DNA of 64,000 bases from an uncultured cyanobacterium (GTDB taxonomy: Bacteria; Cyanobacteriota; Cyanobacteriia; Cyanobacteriales; Nostocaceae): positions 128,001 to 192,000 of the forward strand of contig CAVUDP010000001.1 in NCBI GenBank assembly GCA_963740315.1, read 5' to 3'. Numbering within the stretch: position 1 is the first letter of the stretch; each line of letters opens with the position of its first letter. Below are positions 30,148 to 43,934 of this stretch, piece after piece. The translations under genes and the position numbers were made by a program. Under the pieces are notes generated by a model. It did not search any database. It was not told where the DNA came from and saw nothing but the letters and a program-made list of their open reading frames with translations.

Positions 30148-30780
30148 TCATTCTTCAGGAGTTATTTCCTTAACCTGGCGCGACTCTAACCAAAGAGGTA
30201 CGGCGATTAAAGCAACAAGAATCAGCAATGCCAAAATAGCAAATTGACCTACCCACTGTACCAACTGTTCCAAAGCGACTACCTTGCCAGCGAAGAAAGC
30301 CAAAGAAACCATCGTACCAGCCCAAGCGGCAGCGCCTAAAAAGTTGTATAACAAGAATTTTGCAAAAGGCATTTCGGCGATACCAGCTAATGGTGAGGCA
30401 AAAATTCGTAATAAAGCGAAAAATCTGCCAAAGAATACGGCTTTAGCAGCATTTTCACTAAATTTTTCTTTTATACCCAAAACTTTTATTTCAGAAATTC
30501 GTAATAGACTTGCCAGACGCATTAGTAATGACCAACCGCCAATTCGACCAATCCAATAGCCGCAAATCCCGCCAATCGCCGCACCTGCCGCTGCATCACT
30601 TAAAACTAACCAGTAATTAAGTTCATCATTACCAGCTAAAAAGCCACCTACTAAAGTTATAGTTTCACCCGGAAGCGGAATACCTAAGTTTTCTAATAAA
30701 ATTCCTACAAAAATCGCCCAATAGCCGTATTGATGAGCAATTTCCTGAATATTCTCTAGTGATATGAAATCGAGAGACAT
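30148..30780 (-). CDS. DedA family membrane protein
   Basis: LENLGIPLPGE, GYWIGRIGG, FFGRFF motifs. Confidence 0.9.
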   Translation of the reverse strand: MSLDFISLENIQEIAHQYGYWAIFVGILLENLGIPLPGETITLVGGFLAGNDELNYWLVLSDAAAGAAIGGICGYWIGRIGGWSLLMRLASLLRISEIKVLGIKEKFSENAAKAVFFGRFFALLRIFASPLAGIAEMPFAKFLLYNFLGAAAWAGTMVSLAFFAGKVVALEQLVQWVGQFAILALLILVALIAVPLWLESRQVKEITPEE

Positions 30781-31390
30781 CCAGCCTTAACCTATTTATA
30801 TAATTTTACATTTCTACATATTGACTCTTTTCAATGTAAGGTGTCAATGAAGTTAATGGTTGTTTGTTTGATATAACACTCATCTGACTCTTCGATCGTG
30901 CATAAAATATTCAAGACATTTTTTAGTCAATAACTATACATATAATTATAAGAAAAATTACATAAAATATTGTAGTGACGTAATTTTGGAATATTTACAG
31001 TAATATAGTTTCACCAATTAGACTTTTTATAAAACTATTTTGAGATAGTATTAACTAAAACTCTCTCTTGAAATAGATGTTTACCACAACCTCACAATTA
31101 CTATCATCTATAACATTAATTTCATCAAAAATTCATAAAACTCTGAGTAAATTATAAAAATTTCGTAAAAGAAGCAGTTGTTACGGAAAAACCGAATCGC
31201 TTATGCCTATACTGAGAATTGTTTGGATAAATTATACGGCATAAATACTGATTGCATTTGTCTCAATTTTATTGCCTAAGTACTTATATATATATGTAGG
31301 TTCAGATGGTAAGTTTTTGGTTGAGAAAGAAATAGTATTTGTGTCTGTTTTTTGTTTTTTCTTGAGTATTTCAACTACCCAGTTAAATTT

Positions 31391-31744
31391 ATGACTTTCA
31401 CACTAGAACGTCAAGTTAATTTGTTCAAGCCCGAAGGACGCATGGACTTGCAGGGCGGAAATGCTTTGAGTGAAAAGATTGCTTTGATATTACCCCAGCC
31501 AAAGCAACTCTGGGTGATTGACTTAGCTAAAGTAGACTTTATGGACAGTTCTGGTTTAGTAAGCTTAGTCAAAGGACTTAAAGCAGCCCGTCATCATAAT
31601 TGTCATTTAGTTCTTTGTAATGTGACAGCGCCAGTTCGGTTAGTTTTGGAACTTACTCATCTAGATTCTGTTTTTGACATTTTCAATACTTACGAAGATG
31701 TTTTGAGCATCGTAAAAAATAAAACTTTAGCTGTAGCAAGCTAA
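31391..31744 (+). CDS. STAS-domain anti-sigma-factor antagonist
   Basis: IDLAKVDFMDSSGL phosphorylatable-Ser motif; ATG at 31391 preferred over TTG at 31352. Confidence 0.9.
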   Translation: MTFTLERQVNLFKPEGRMDLQGGNALSEKIALILPQPKQLWVIDLAKVDFMDSSGLVSLVKGLKAARHHNCHLVLCNVTAPVRLVLELTHLDSVFDIFNTYEDVLSIVKNKTLAVAS

Positions 31745-31776
31745 CTTTTTGTTTATTTAAAATCTCAGATGCCTTC

Positions 31777-31957
31777 GGTCTAGTTTTAATCGCAGTAAGT
31801 AAATTACACAGCAACGCTCAAATCAACTGTTTGGTTGGAAGTTAGATGAGGGCGTGTTGAGTATGCTTTATCAACCGTCATGCTTCACTTTTTATATAAA
31901 TTACTGCGCTCAGATCGGCACGCTTGCGAGTGCTACTGAGTTGTTAAAGCTAGCCCT
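31777..31957. ncRNA. candidate structured non-coding RNA (unknown family)
   Basis: nested stems ctagttttaa/ttaaagctag, cgcagtaa/ttactgcg, ctcag/ctgag enclosing gcac/gtgc, gttga/tcaac; GC-richer than flanks, no ORF. Confidence 0.4.
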
Positions 31958-32208
31958 AAAAATCTAAGCAGAAGAATTTATAAATTAGGTAAAATTGGTA
32001 ATTATATTTTTTACCATTTTTCCTAAGTAATTCTTCGCCATCTTACACCGACCTCACTGTTTTATATTTTAGGGTGTAATTCTATACAACCCTTTTTTAT
32101 GAAAAAATTCTTAATTAACTGCTTTACTTAAATGTGAATGATAATCTATTTTAAGCAAGCTGAATTAGATATATGTAAACTTTCGCTTGTATTATTAATT
32201 ACTTTTAT

Positions 32209-32766
32209 TTAAGCATTCGGCACGGGAGAAATATTGCCTGGATTGGTGTCGCGAGGGAATGAAGGTAAATCAATACCGCTATGAGAAGCCGTGCGAGACT
32301 TAAGTGCTAAACGGTAGCTTACACTTTGTAATTCTGCTTGTAATTGACGGTTTTCTTGTTGTAATACAGCTACCTTTTCTCTTACCGGAGCCATCCGTTC
32401 CTCGAATTTATGACGGTAAATTTGAGGTAGTTCCTGCACTACTTGCTCTAACATCCTACTACGGTCAGTTAATTCTTGAACCGACTGACGCAATTGATAA
32501 ATTTCGCTATCGCGGGTGCTAATTTGCTCTTGGTAAAAACTTACCTGTTCTTCAACTGCTTGCAGTTGTTCTCGCAAAGCATTTAATTCGTTCTGATGAC
32601 GTTCAGAAACTTCTGGCTGGGGCATAAAATCGGTATTACCCTTTACCAGTCGGAATAGCTCTTGAGACAACTGCTGCACTAATTGGTCGCGAAGCTGTAG
32701 TTCTTGACGCAACTTCGATACTTCAGTAGAAAGAGCTTGAATGGTGGAGTTATCTGTTTGGCTCAC
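32209..32766 (-). CDS. conserved cyanobacterial coiled-coil protein (Npun_F5560-like)
   Basis: heptad-rich 185 aa ORF, RDQLVQQLSQELFRLVKGN; GTG start. Confidence 0.75.
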   Translation of the reverse strand: MSQTDNSTIQALSTEVSKLRQELQLRDQLVQQLSQELFRLVKGNTDFMPQPEVSERHQNELNALREQLQAVEEQVSFYQEQISTRDSEIYQLRQSVQELTDRSRMLEQVVQELPQIYRHKFEERMAPVREKVAVLQQENRQLQAELQSVSYRLALKSRTASHSGIDLPSFPRDTNPGNISPVPNA

Positions 32767-33000
32767 AGTGTCTCACAGTTTACTTAATAAATATTTTCCA
32801 CGCTTAGAGGGATAAGTATGTTAATCGCTTCAAGGTAAGTATTTGTTAATTTAACACTCCTAGCCGTAATGGCAAGGGAAAAGAGGTATATTTTTTGATT
32901 TTTTTTAAAGATTAAATTTTGGATATGGTCAATTGGTATAATTTCATCCAAAATATCCACTACCAAAATTTAATCTTACGCAATGCGATCGCGAGATAAA

Positions 33001-33348
33001 TTATCTTTCTTGAGCGATCGCTGCTGGTGATGCTTCTTCAGTAGCAGCTTCTGGTTCTGCTAAATTCTGCTTGATAGTTAAATAACGAATTACTTCTTCG
33101 CTCAAGCGCATAGCCCGTTCCATTGGAGCAATAGCGCTACCAATAGCAGTGTAATTCATTTGGACGTAGATACCATCACGATGTCTGTTAATCTCATAAG
33201 CTAGACGACGCTTACCGCGATTTTGAATTTGGACATTTTCAGCACCATTTTCTTTCAGTAAGTTTTCGTACTTAGAGATATTTTGCTCCGCTTGCTCGTC
33301 TATCAAGTCAGGTCGCAAAATGTACATTGTTTCGTAAGCTGTAGCCAT
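33001..33348 (-). CDS. rpsF: 30S ribosomal protein S6
   Basis: [28 protein letters not shown]. Confidence 0.97.
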   Translation of the reverse strand: MATAYETMYILRPDLIDEQAEQNISKYENLLKENGAENVQIQNRGKRRLAYEINRHRDGIYVQMNYTAIGSAIAPMERAMRLSEEVIRYLTIKQNLAEPEAATEEASPAAIAQER

Positions 33349-33351
33349 ATT

Positions 33352-33450
33352 TAATCTCCTTTTGGACGTTTGGCTGCCAAATCAAAAATCCTGCCCAGAC
33401 TTCATTAACTGAAATACTCAAGCAAGGAAACATTTCGAGCAGCAAGGAAT
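33352..33450 (-). promoter_or_regulatory. possible rpsF (S6:S18-type) leader
   Basis: minus strand TTCCTTGCT (twice) ... GCAGCCAAACGTCCAAAAGGAG; the pyrimidine tract can pair with the AAGGAG RBS. Confidence 0.4.
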
Positions 33451-33790
33451 TATAATCTTACCAGTTTTTGATTTTAATTGACGAATGTCAAAGCAATCTG
33501 CTATTTGTCCGTAATTGCTTAAACCGTGCTTATTGCATTAAATAAACGGACAAAAAATCCGTTTTGGCACGATTTTTGCCCAAAGCTTTCAGATGCTTTG
33601 ATTACAAGTGCTTTTTACAGTCAACAAATATTGTAGGTACTCAGACGGCTTATGCTATTAATTTACGGTTAAGTTTTGGTTTTCACGGTATCAGCGTAAT
33701 TCTGAACTATTTAAACGAAAATAAACCGACATTAATAGCTTTTGCGTAAACAATCTTTTTCCATATACTAAAAAGGAAGTCATCAAGCTT

Positions 33791-34567
33791 ATGGCACAGC
33801 GCTATGTGCGAGTTCAAAATGCTGAAGGGATAGTTTATTATGGGTTGCTACAGCTTGACCAAAACGTCCAAGTACTCGATGCTCCACCTTGGTTGCAAGG
33901 TCAACCCACGGATTTATTATTGGAACCAGATGGCTACCAAATTTTAGCTCCTTGCTCTCCTTCTAAAATTGTAGCGGTGGGTAAGAATTATGCAGATCAT
34001 GCCGCAGAAATGGGTACTAAAGTCCCAGACGAACCCTTAATTTTTCTCAAACCGCCTACTTGTATTATCCCTTCAGACGCAAATATTGAATATCCATTAC
34101 AATCGCAACGGGTAGACTATGAAGGAGAATTAGCGCTGATTATTAGTGAATCAGCAACTAAATGCACTCCACAATCGGCGATCGCCAAAATCTGGGGTTA
34201 TACCATTGCTAATGATGTAACAGCAAGAGATTTACAAAAAAGCGATGGACAATGGACGCGGGCTAAAGGTTTTAATACTTTTTGTCCTTTAGGACCGTGG
34301 ATTGTGAGAGAATTAAGTCCTGGTGCTAGATTGCAAACTTTTTTGAATGATGATGCAACTCCGGTTCAATCTGCTTGTATCGACCAAATGGTATTTTCTC
34401 CGGAGACTATAGTCTCTTACATTAGTCAGGTAATGACGCTACTGCCCGGAGACGTAATACTAACAGGTACACCTTTAGGAGTTGGTCCATTAAATATTGG
34501 CGATCGCGTGCGCGTTGAAATAGAAGGTATCGGTCGTTTGGAGAATACTGTCGCAGCTAGTAAATAA
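33791..34567 (+). CDS. fumarylacetoacetate hydrolase family protein
   Basis: VGKNYADH, FLKP, DYEGEL, NDVTARDLQ, GDVILTGTP. Confidence 0.92.
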   Translation: MAQRYVRVQNAEGIVYYGLLQLDQNVQVLDAPPWLQGQPTDLLLEPDGYQILAPCSPSKIVAVGKNYADHAAEMGTKVPDEPLIFLKPPTCIIPSDANIEYPLQSQRVDYEGELALIISESATKCTPQSAIAKIWGYTIANDVTARDLQKSDGQWTRAKGFNTFCPLGPWIVRELSPGARLQTFLNDDATPVQSACIDQMVFSPETIVSYISQVMTLLPGDVILTGTPLGVGPLNIGDRVRVEIEGIGRLENTVAASK

Positions 34568-34603
34568 TCCGGTCAAACGCGATACCCTTGAGCGCGTATC
34601 GAA

Positions 34604-35080
34604 TTAACGGACTTGCATATAAACCGCATCAGAAATTGCGGGAATTTCTGCGTAACGACCCATTAATGATTGAGCGACAGAATATACAACAACTGCTACT
34701 AAACCAATAAAAATGGTATTGGCTAAAGTTTCTATGGCAAAGTTAGCACCCGGAACTGGACTTAAAAGACGTACCAAAAGACCGCATAAAGCTAGAACAA
34801 TGCTTAAAAGAATAGCCTGCATTGTATTGAAGCGAATAAAATGATTAATTTTCTCATTTCGCACTACCAACATAAATAAAGCAAAAAAGATAATTAATCC
34901 AGCAAAAGGTATGCTTCCATAAATTGCTAATACAGGTGACAATGGTATCAAAATCACTCTCAAAGGAGGAAACTCCCCAAACAAAAAGCTACCAAAAGCT
35001 AATCCTTCAACCACGGGAAGCAAATAAGGTAAGCAAGCCAAAATTCTATCTTTAACAGTTGTAGACCCGCGCCAAGTCAT
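34604..35080 (-). CDS. Tic20 family membrane protein
   Basis: RILACLPYLLP, VVRNEKINHFIRFNTMQA, GRYAEIPAISDAVYMQV. Confidence 0.9.
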   Translation of the reverse strand: MTWRGSTTVKDRILACLPYLLPVVEGLAFGSFLFGEFPPLRVILIPLSPVLAIYGSIPFAGLIIFFALFMLVVRNEKINHFIRFNTMQAILLSIVLALCGLLVRLLSPVPGANFAIETLANTIFIGLVAVVVYSVAQSLMGRYAEIPAISDAVYMQVR

Positions 35081-35183
35081 TTTGCGTTCTCCTATGCTTA
35101 AATTTCACTGACCATATGAACCTAGAATAACGCAGTCGCTTGGTTTTTCGTTATTGTCTTGTTTAAACTTGTTTAAAAAAGCA

Positions 35184-35381
35184 TCATTCTATATTGGCAA
35201 TGCGAAAGCCCATTATACATTCGTACCAATCTGCTTGTTGTTCGGTAATTTTGCTCGCAGCTTGACCGCAGCCCAATTTCCCGTTATGCCAGCGCGGTTG
35301 ACCGCTTTTATCGGCAAGCACGCAAGAGTTGCAAACATTTTGAGGGGCAATAAGTTGCTCTTTTATTGAAATTATTAACAT
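35184..35381 (-). CDS. small Cys-containing hypothetical protein
   Basis: 65 aa with CxxC, GQPRW, LGCG and YECIMGF; ATG start. Confidence 0.6.
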   Translation of the reverse strand: MLIISIKEQLIAPQNVCNSCVLADKSGQPRWHNGKLGCGQAASKITEQQADWYECIMGFRIANIE

Positions 35382-35852
35382 TATGCTACCCGTTTAGATG
35401 AGTCGTGGGAGCGACCCACATTTTTGTGAGGACTAAAATCTTACTATTGGTTTAAGTTTTTTTCTACATAGAATAACCACACGGTTATTTAGGATTTTAG
35501 ATAAATGTAGACCGCGATCGATAAATTATTGATATGGCGGTAGATTTAATTTTATTTTACGCTTGGAAATTCAAAGATTGATTTTTTTTTGTAAAAAGTA
35601 ATACCTTCAAGTTTTTGTGAAGCTAAATATGTAAGTGCTGTTGAGATTATTCGCCGATAAAAAATATGCTACTCCTTCACTGGTTATGATTACCGAATCG
35701 AGGGAGTAGGCAGTAGGGGTTTAATAAATTACTGTTTTACTCGACTTCTGACTCGTTACCAATTATCAACGGGAAAAAAGATAAAATCTTCTATTATGCG
35801 ATTATGCGATCGCATGAATTTTCACGGAATAGATAATTTAAACTGACTAACA

Positions 35853-37136
35853 GTGACTAAAACTAATTCAGATTTTCTCGCAACTTCAGATCCTACGGTG
35901 GCGGAGTTAATTAATGGTGAACTAAAGCGTCAACAAGACCACTTAGAGTTGATTGCTTCAGAAAACTTTACAAGCGCGGCTGTACTGGCTGCTCAAGGTT
36001 CGGTACTGACCAATAAATACGCTGAGGGACTACCAGGTAAACGTTACTACGGCGGTTGTGAAGTAATCGATAAAATTGAGCAGATAGCCATCGACCGAGC
36101 TAAACAGCTATTTGGTGCTGATAGCGCAAACGTCCAACCTCATTCTGGAGCGCAAGCTAATTTTGCGGTATTCCTAACGCTACTCGAACCCGGCGATAAA
36201 ATTATGGGGATGGATTTGTCTCACGGGGGACATCTTACCCACGGTTCGCCGGTAAATGTTTCTGGTAAGTGGTTTGAGGTTTGTCATTACGGCGTTAGTC
36301 AAGAAACAGAACAGCTAGACTACGAACAAATCCGCGAGCTGGCGCTAAGGGAGCGTCCAAAGCTCTTAATTTGTGGATATTCAGCTTATCCTCGCGTAAT
36401 TGATTTTGAAAAATTCCGCAGTATCGCCGACGAAGTTGGTGCTTATTTGTTAGCGGATATAGCTCACATTGCTGGTTTAGTAGCTTCCGGGCTTCATCCA
36501 AACCCAATTCCTTACTGCGATGTAGTGACTACAACTACCCATAAAACTCTACGCGGTCCGAGGGGTGGCTTAATCTTGACTCGCGACGCTGAGTTGGGTA
36601 AAAAGCTTGATAAATCAGTTTTCCCCGGTACCCAAGGCGGACCTCTAGAACACGCGATCGCTGCTAAAGCAGTAGCATTTGGGGAAGCTCTCAAGCCAGA
36701 ATTTAAAGATTATTCTGCTGCTGTAATCGAAAATGCTCGTACTTTAGCCAATCAATTACAAAGCAGGGATTTAAAAATTGTCTCCGACGGGACAGAAAAC
36801 CATCTCATGCTCGTAGATTTACGGTGTATTGGCATGACGGGTAAAAAAGCAGACCAATTAGTCAGCGGTGTAAATATCACTGCTAACAAAAATACAGTTC
36901 CTTTTGACCCAGAATCACCCTTTGTTACCAGCGGTTTGAGATTGGGTTCACCTGCGATGACAACAAGAGGTATGGGAGTAACAGAATTTACCGAAATTGG
37001 TAATATCATTGCCGACCGTTTGTTAAATCCCGATTCCGAAACAGTTGCTGAAGATTGCCGATTACGAGTCGCTTCTTTATGTAAGAATTTCCCGTTATAT
37101 CAACATCTGGGGATTCCCGTACCAGCTTTGGCATAA
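35853..37136 (+). CDS. glyA: serine hydroxymethyltransferase
   Basis: [36 protein letters not shown]-lysine motif. Confidence 0.98.
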   Translation: MTKTNSDFLATSDPTVAELINGELKRQQDHLELIASENFTSAAVLAAQGSVLTNKYAEGLPGKRYYGGCEVIDKIEQIAIDRAKQLFGADSANVQPHSGAQANFAVFLTLLEPGDKIMGMDLSHGGHLTHGSPVNVSGKWFEVCHYGVSQETEQLDYEQIRELALRERPKLLICGYSAYPRVIDFEKFRSIADEVGAYLLADIAHIAGLVASGLHPNPIPYCDVVTTTTHKTLRGPRGGLILTRDAELGKKLDKSVFPGTQGGPLEHAIAAKAVAFGEALKPEFKDYSAAVIENARTLANQLQSRDLKIVSDGTENHLMLVDLRCIGMTGKKADQLVSGVNITANKNTVPFDPESPFVTSGLRLGSPAMTTRGMGVTEFTEIGNIIADRLLNPDSETVAEDCRLRVASLCKNFPLYQHLGIPVPALA

Positions 37137-37230
37137 AATGAAGGCAAATAGCTGGATTTTAAGGTATTTTCACAAATAATTGGAATTTTCCTTTATTCGT
37201 GAATACCTGCTGCTTTCATAGGATTCAAAT

Positions 37231-37257
37231 AAGCCCCCTCTTTTAGGGGGTTTTTTT
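37231..37257 (+). terminator. intrinsic terminator after glyA
   Basis: gccccct-ctttt-agggggt stem followed by a T run. Confidence 0.8.
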
Positions 37258-37560
37258 ATGGTTGGAATACATACTTAATATTTAAAGCCAAATTTACAAA
37301 TATATACAGTGTAATTCCTGAGTTAAAACCTAAAGATTAAGACTTTACAGATGGCTTTAAGAACTCTTTATCAGCTTTTTAAGAAAAAACACGATAAATA
37401 CAAAGAAACAATAAATATTTAATAGTTTGGTAGCATTATTCACTTTAAAATAATAGGATTAGGGTATAAAATTTTTTGTTTGCATACAAAAATAGTAAGG
37501 GAATCTACTGAAATTTAGAGGATTTTACGAAAGTGCTTATTACTGTCATAAAAAAAGATT

Positions 37561-38514
37561 ATGGTTAATCAACTCATAAACTTATATACAATGTGGTCGC
37601 AAATATACGACCATTGTTATGAGAACTATAAAGGTTTGACAAGAAATCCGAAATGGCTGTTGATGCGTAAGATGAGTAGATTTGGGTTTGGAAGAACTTT
37701 GATGAGATATTTATCTTATAGCTCATCAAAGCTCTATCAATCATCTTCAACAACGTCATATTCTGTTTTTAGTAAAATCGATCTAGATGAAGCTGTTACA
37801 CAACTTAAAACAGAAGGTTATTATTTAGGTTTACAGCTACCTGAAGAAACAGTCAAAGAAATTCTTGAGTTTGCTAAAAATACGGCTTGTTACGGAAATC
37901 GAAAATCGCAGCTAGGTTTTTATTATCACGAAAAAAACCAAGCAGAAATTCAATCGCAGAAAAAGATTAAAGTTGGTTGTTACTTCAATACTGCACAACT
38001 TTGTCCTGCTATTTCTAAATTACAAAATGATTCGCAGTTATTAGCGATCGCAACTCGATATTTAGAACGAGAACCAATACATCAAGGAAATCAGCTTTGG
38101 TGGAGTTTTGCCGGAGTTTCTTCTGACTGGGAACGCAGACAGAATGCACAAATGTTTCACTACGATCTAGATGATTACCGATTTGTAAAATTCTTTTTCT
38201 ATTTAACTGATGTTGATGATAAAAGCGGTCCTCATATCTGCATCCGTGGCAGTCATAAAAACAAGAAGCTATCTCATGTATTGCTGCGTAAACGAGAAAC
38301 GGATAAAGATATTATTGATTGGTACGGTGAAGAATCTGTTGTAACTATTTGCGGTCAAGCTGGTTTTGGATTTGTAGAAGATCCGTTGTGTTTTCATAAA
38401 GGACTTACTCCTATTCATAAAGACCGCCTTTTATTACAAATTGAATTTGCTACAACTGACTATGGAATGCAAAATGACAATAGAGACAATTCTGCCCTCC
38501 AAGTTTTGAATTAA
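37561..38514 (+). CDS. putative Fe(II)/2-oxoglutarate dioxygenase (PhyH-like)
   Basis: FHYD...FFFYLTDV...GPH...GSH...FHKG...RL: HxD...H facial triad plus Arg. Confidence 0.75.
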   Translation: MVNQLINLYTMWSQIYDHCYENYKGLTRNPKWLLMRKMSRFGFGRTLMRYLSYSSSKLYQSSSTTSYSVFSKIDLDEAVTQLKTEGYYLGLQLPEETVKEILEFAKNTACYGNRKSQLGFYYHEKNQAEIQSQKKIKVGCYFNTAQLCPAISKLQNDSQLLAIATRYLEREPIHQGNQLWWSFAGVSSDWERRQNAQMFHYDLDDYRFVKFFFYLTDVDDKSGPHICIRGSHKNKKLSHVLLRKRETDKDIIDWYGEESVVTICGQAGFGFVEDPLCFHKGLTPIHKDRLLLQIEFATTDYGMQNDNRDNSALQVLN

Positions 38515-39009
38515 TAATAAATAATTAATGTAGAGACTTATCTACAGGTAAGTCTCTATCTGTTAAATTATCAAACTATTTTTTGATTTTTTGTAGTTAG
38601 GTTAGGATTTTTCGCAGTTATTATAGATTGAATAAAAAAAATCTAAAAGATATTAAAAAATTATCTATTTTGGTTGTTCGGTATATTTTTATATTAAGCA
38701 AATAAAAAAGCGGCTGATTTTAAAGTAAAAAATATCAATAAAAGCTATTACACGATAACTATAAAATCATCAAAAGTTAATTAAAACAAGGGCGATCGCG
38801 CAAGCACAAAAATCACAATGTCAAATAAATCACTTGTACTCGATATTACTTCTTATTGTGAAGATAACTTTTGCCGTAAACGGGCAATAAAAACGATTGA
38901 GTGGCAAAAATTTGGAAAAACGATCCGAGGACAAATGCAAAATGTAACGGAATGCAAAGTATAATGAAAACTACAAAATGCACAAAAGTATTAAATAACC
39001 GTATTGTAA

Positions 39010-41365
<2,356 letters not shown>

Positions 41366-41439
41366 GGTATAAAGAACATAACCGCACTAGGATATAAAGC
41401 TGTAACAAGCGTGTTTACATAATTTTCTTAATCTAAATA

Positions 41440-41468
41440 TTGACTTATCCTGAATTATCTGCTAACAT
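41440..41468 (+). promoter_or_regulatory. sigma70-type promoter of tRNA-Ser
   Basis: TTGACT (41440), 17 bp spacer, TAACAT (41463), with TG one base upstream of the -10. Confidence 0.6.
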
Positions 41469-41487
41469 TAATATTTGTTACCGATCC

Positions 41488-41576
41488 GGAGAGATGGCTG
41501 AGCGGTTGAAAGCGGCTCCCTGCTAAGGAGTTATGGGGTTTAGATCCCATCGAGGGTTCGAATCCCTCTCTCTCCG
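41488..41576 (+). tRNA. tRNA-Ser(GCT)
   Basis: GGAGAGA/TCTCTCC acceptor stem, anticodon loop CTGCTAA, long variable arm, GGTTCGAATCC T-arm; CCA not encoded. Confidence 0.96.
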
Positions 41577-41763
41577 TCACTAATTTGAAAAAATTCTATG
41601 TGAATCTTCTCGAATTAGTTATTAATTCAAGTCAATAAAAATGATAGTGCATTTGAACATTTGTTTGAATGCACTATTATTTTTATGGTTATCTATATAT
41701 TTGCTGACGCGAGTAAGGAAGAACGTTTGGTTCTCCCGTGCTTCCCGTACTCGCAATTACTTC

Positions 41764-42594
41764 TTAAAAACCTCCGAAGTTATAACCGACTCCCACAGAA
41801 AGACCGAGGTCAGTTTCATCAAAAAATGCTGCATTCACAGCTGCTGTAGCTGTAAATTTGTCGTTTATGGGTACGTCTACACCACCAGTAATTAAGAACG
41901 ATAATTCCGAACCATCGCCTGTTGCCAAAGCTAAACCAGCTCCAACATAAGGAGCAAAAGGCAATTCTTCTCTAAATGGGTCAGTTACCTGCTTGAAAGA
42001 AAAGTCATAGGTAACGGGAACTAAAATCACAGTATCATCCCCAAGTACGACTGAAGGGCGTACCGATATAATATCTGTTATTCCAACTTTGCTGATCACC
42101 ATAAAGTTACCATCACCTAAAGCGGAATTACCACCCAAGCCGATATTTCCAGCAAGACCAACGTAGCTAGAACCGCCACGTGTAGAAGCACCGAAATCAA
42201 TATCCGCTTGCGCTACTTCGTCCGGAATAGATGGTTGTATTGCTTGTGGATATTCAGCTTTGGCAGGTTGAGACTGACCAAGTGCCGCCGATGAAGTTGC
42301 TGTTGTTCCAGGAACGGGTGCAGTATCAGATATTACTGTAGGATTAACTGATAAATTTGATTGTTGAGAAGTTTGATCGGAGAAACTAGGGCTAAACTCA
42401 ACACTTGTGTTTTCCTTTTCAGGAGCCACTTGGCTTGATGGTGCAATCTCTTGGCTGCTTGTTTGTTCTACTGTTTGAGCTCCAACAGATAATCCACCAC
42501 TTAATAATGTAATGGTTGCTACTGAAAGCGAAAAAACGCTTTTATAAAGAAAAATGGTATTCACGTTCACTCCTACAAGAATATAGCCGCTCAT
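41764..42594 (-). CDS. exported protein with C-terminal outer-membrane beta-barrel-like domain
   Basis: signal peptide, S/Q/P-rich linker, SYVGLAGNIG, APYVGAG, VGVGYNF; true start may be GTG 42567. Confidence 0.7.
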   Translation of the reverse strand: MSGYILVGVNVNTIFLYKSVFSLSVATITLLSGGLSVGAQTVEQTSSQEIAPSSQVAPEKENTSVEFSPSFSDQTSQQSNLSVNPTVISDTAPVPGTTATSSAALGQSQPAKAEYPQAIQPSIPDEVAQADIDFGASTRGGSSYVGLAGNIGLGGNSALGDGNFMVISKVGITDIISVRPSVVLGDDTVILVPVTYDFSFKQVTDPFREELPFAPYVGAGLALATGDGSELSFLITGGVDVPINDKFTATAAVNAAFFDETDLGLSVGVGYNFGGF

Positions 42595-43934
42595 TTATCG
42601 ACTAGCTTATTTTTAGTCTATATGGCGGCAGTATTTAAAATTTAACACCAAAAAAATTATAGCTACATCCTTAATTAGACAGAATTTGTGCAAAATTATT
42701 TACATAAAAAGAATTATTAATATAGCTAATTAAACGGTTGACAAAAATATAATATACATATTCTTATGTTTTAACTATGTAGTAATTATCATTTTTAAAG
42801 CATACTTGAGAGTAATGTCACTACATAAAGCAACCCTCATTACGAGTCGGTAACTGCGAGTGTATTAGTTTTACAAAAAGTTTCGGCTCTTGCGTACAAG
42901 AGGGTTGGAAGGAATACGGAATAGTGACAAGAAATATTATTAATAATACCTGACTCAATTATTCAATTATCTTCATCTTAATAAGGCTTCCGAGCGTTTT
43001 AGTAAAATATGCGGGCATACTGAAGAGCCAAGTTTTTTTAATGTTATGGGCAATAAACAATAGACACATCTTTGTAAGGTAGCCACATAAGATAATAATC
43101 GAACAAAGGCTTTTATTAATTAGATAGTTATCTAAGGTACGAAATGAATTGTTTGTCAGAATTGATAGGCTTGGTTTTTCTAAAGAAGTTGTTCTTTGAA
43201 TAGTAAAAATTATTTCCTAACCGTATTAGTATGTGCTATAGCCGATGAGCCTTACGATAAAGCTTCAACTAATATATTTATCAAATCTCGTTAAAACACA
43301 CCCAGCCAGCATAAGTAAAAAGTCGTATATTAAGTATTGTGGTAATTACAGTAAAGAGAATTTATTAATTAACTCTTCATAAAGAATATATATAAAACCT
43401 ATATTGCTGAATAAACTAAAAGTTATAATTCTCATATTAAGTCATCTTGAATCAACCGTAATATTTCTGATTTATATACATTTTTGATGAAAAATGAGTA
43501 AAGGTAGATTTTTTATTTCAAATTGTATGATACCTTTATTATCATCAGAAAGTTAAGCAATAAATTTTGTTACCGTAAGTACATTAAAACAGTAGATGTT
43601 AAAACAAACATTGCACTTCAATTTGCCGAACTTTAAATTTTTGTTGCGCTGCTGCAAATACAAGTTTCGGCGATATTAACTGTTTTTATTAACACAAATC
43701 TATTCAAATTATAAATTGATTAAAATAATCTAAATCCAACTGTAACTTTATTCTTCCAATAAATCATTTTATGGTTTCTGTTACAGAGGCACTAATTTTC
43801 TCATTGTTTCCAATTAGAGTAATAAAGATGGTATTTATCTTATAATCAATAATTTTGTCAATATATTGTGATTTAGACAGATATATTCCATTAAACAAAT
43901 ATAAAACCAGTTATCAGCATTACTAAAAATTATC

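Noticed and set aside
35640..35852. Glycine or ZTP riboswitch upstream of glyA
   Set aside because: Only a simple ctactcc/ggagtag hairpin; no recognisable aptamer consensus
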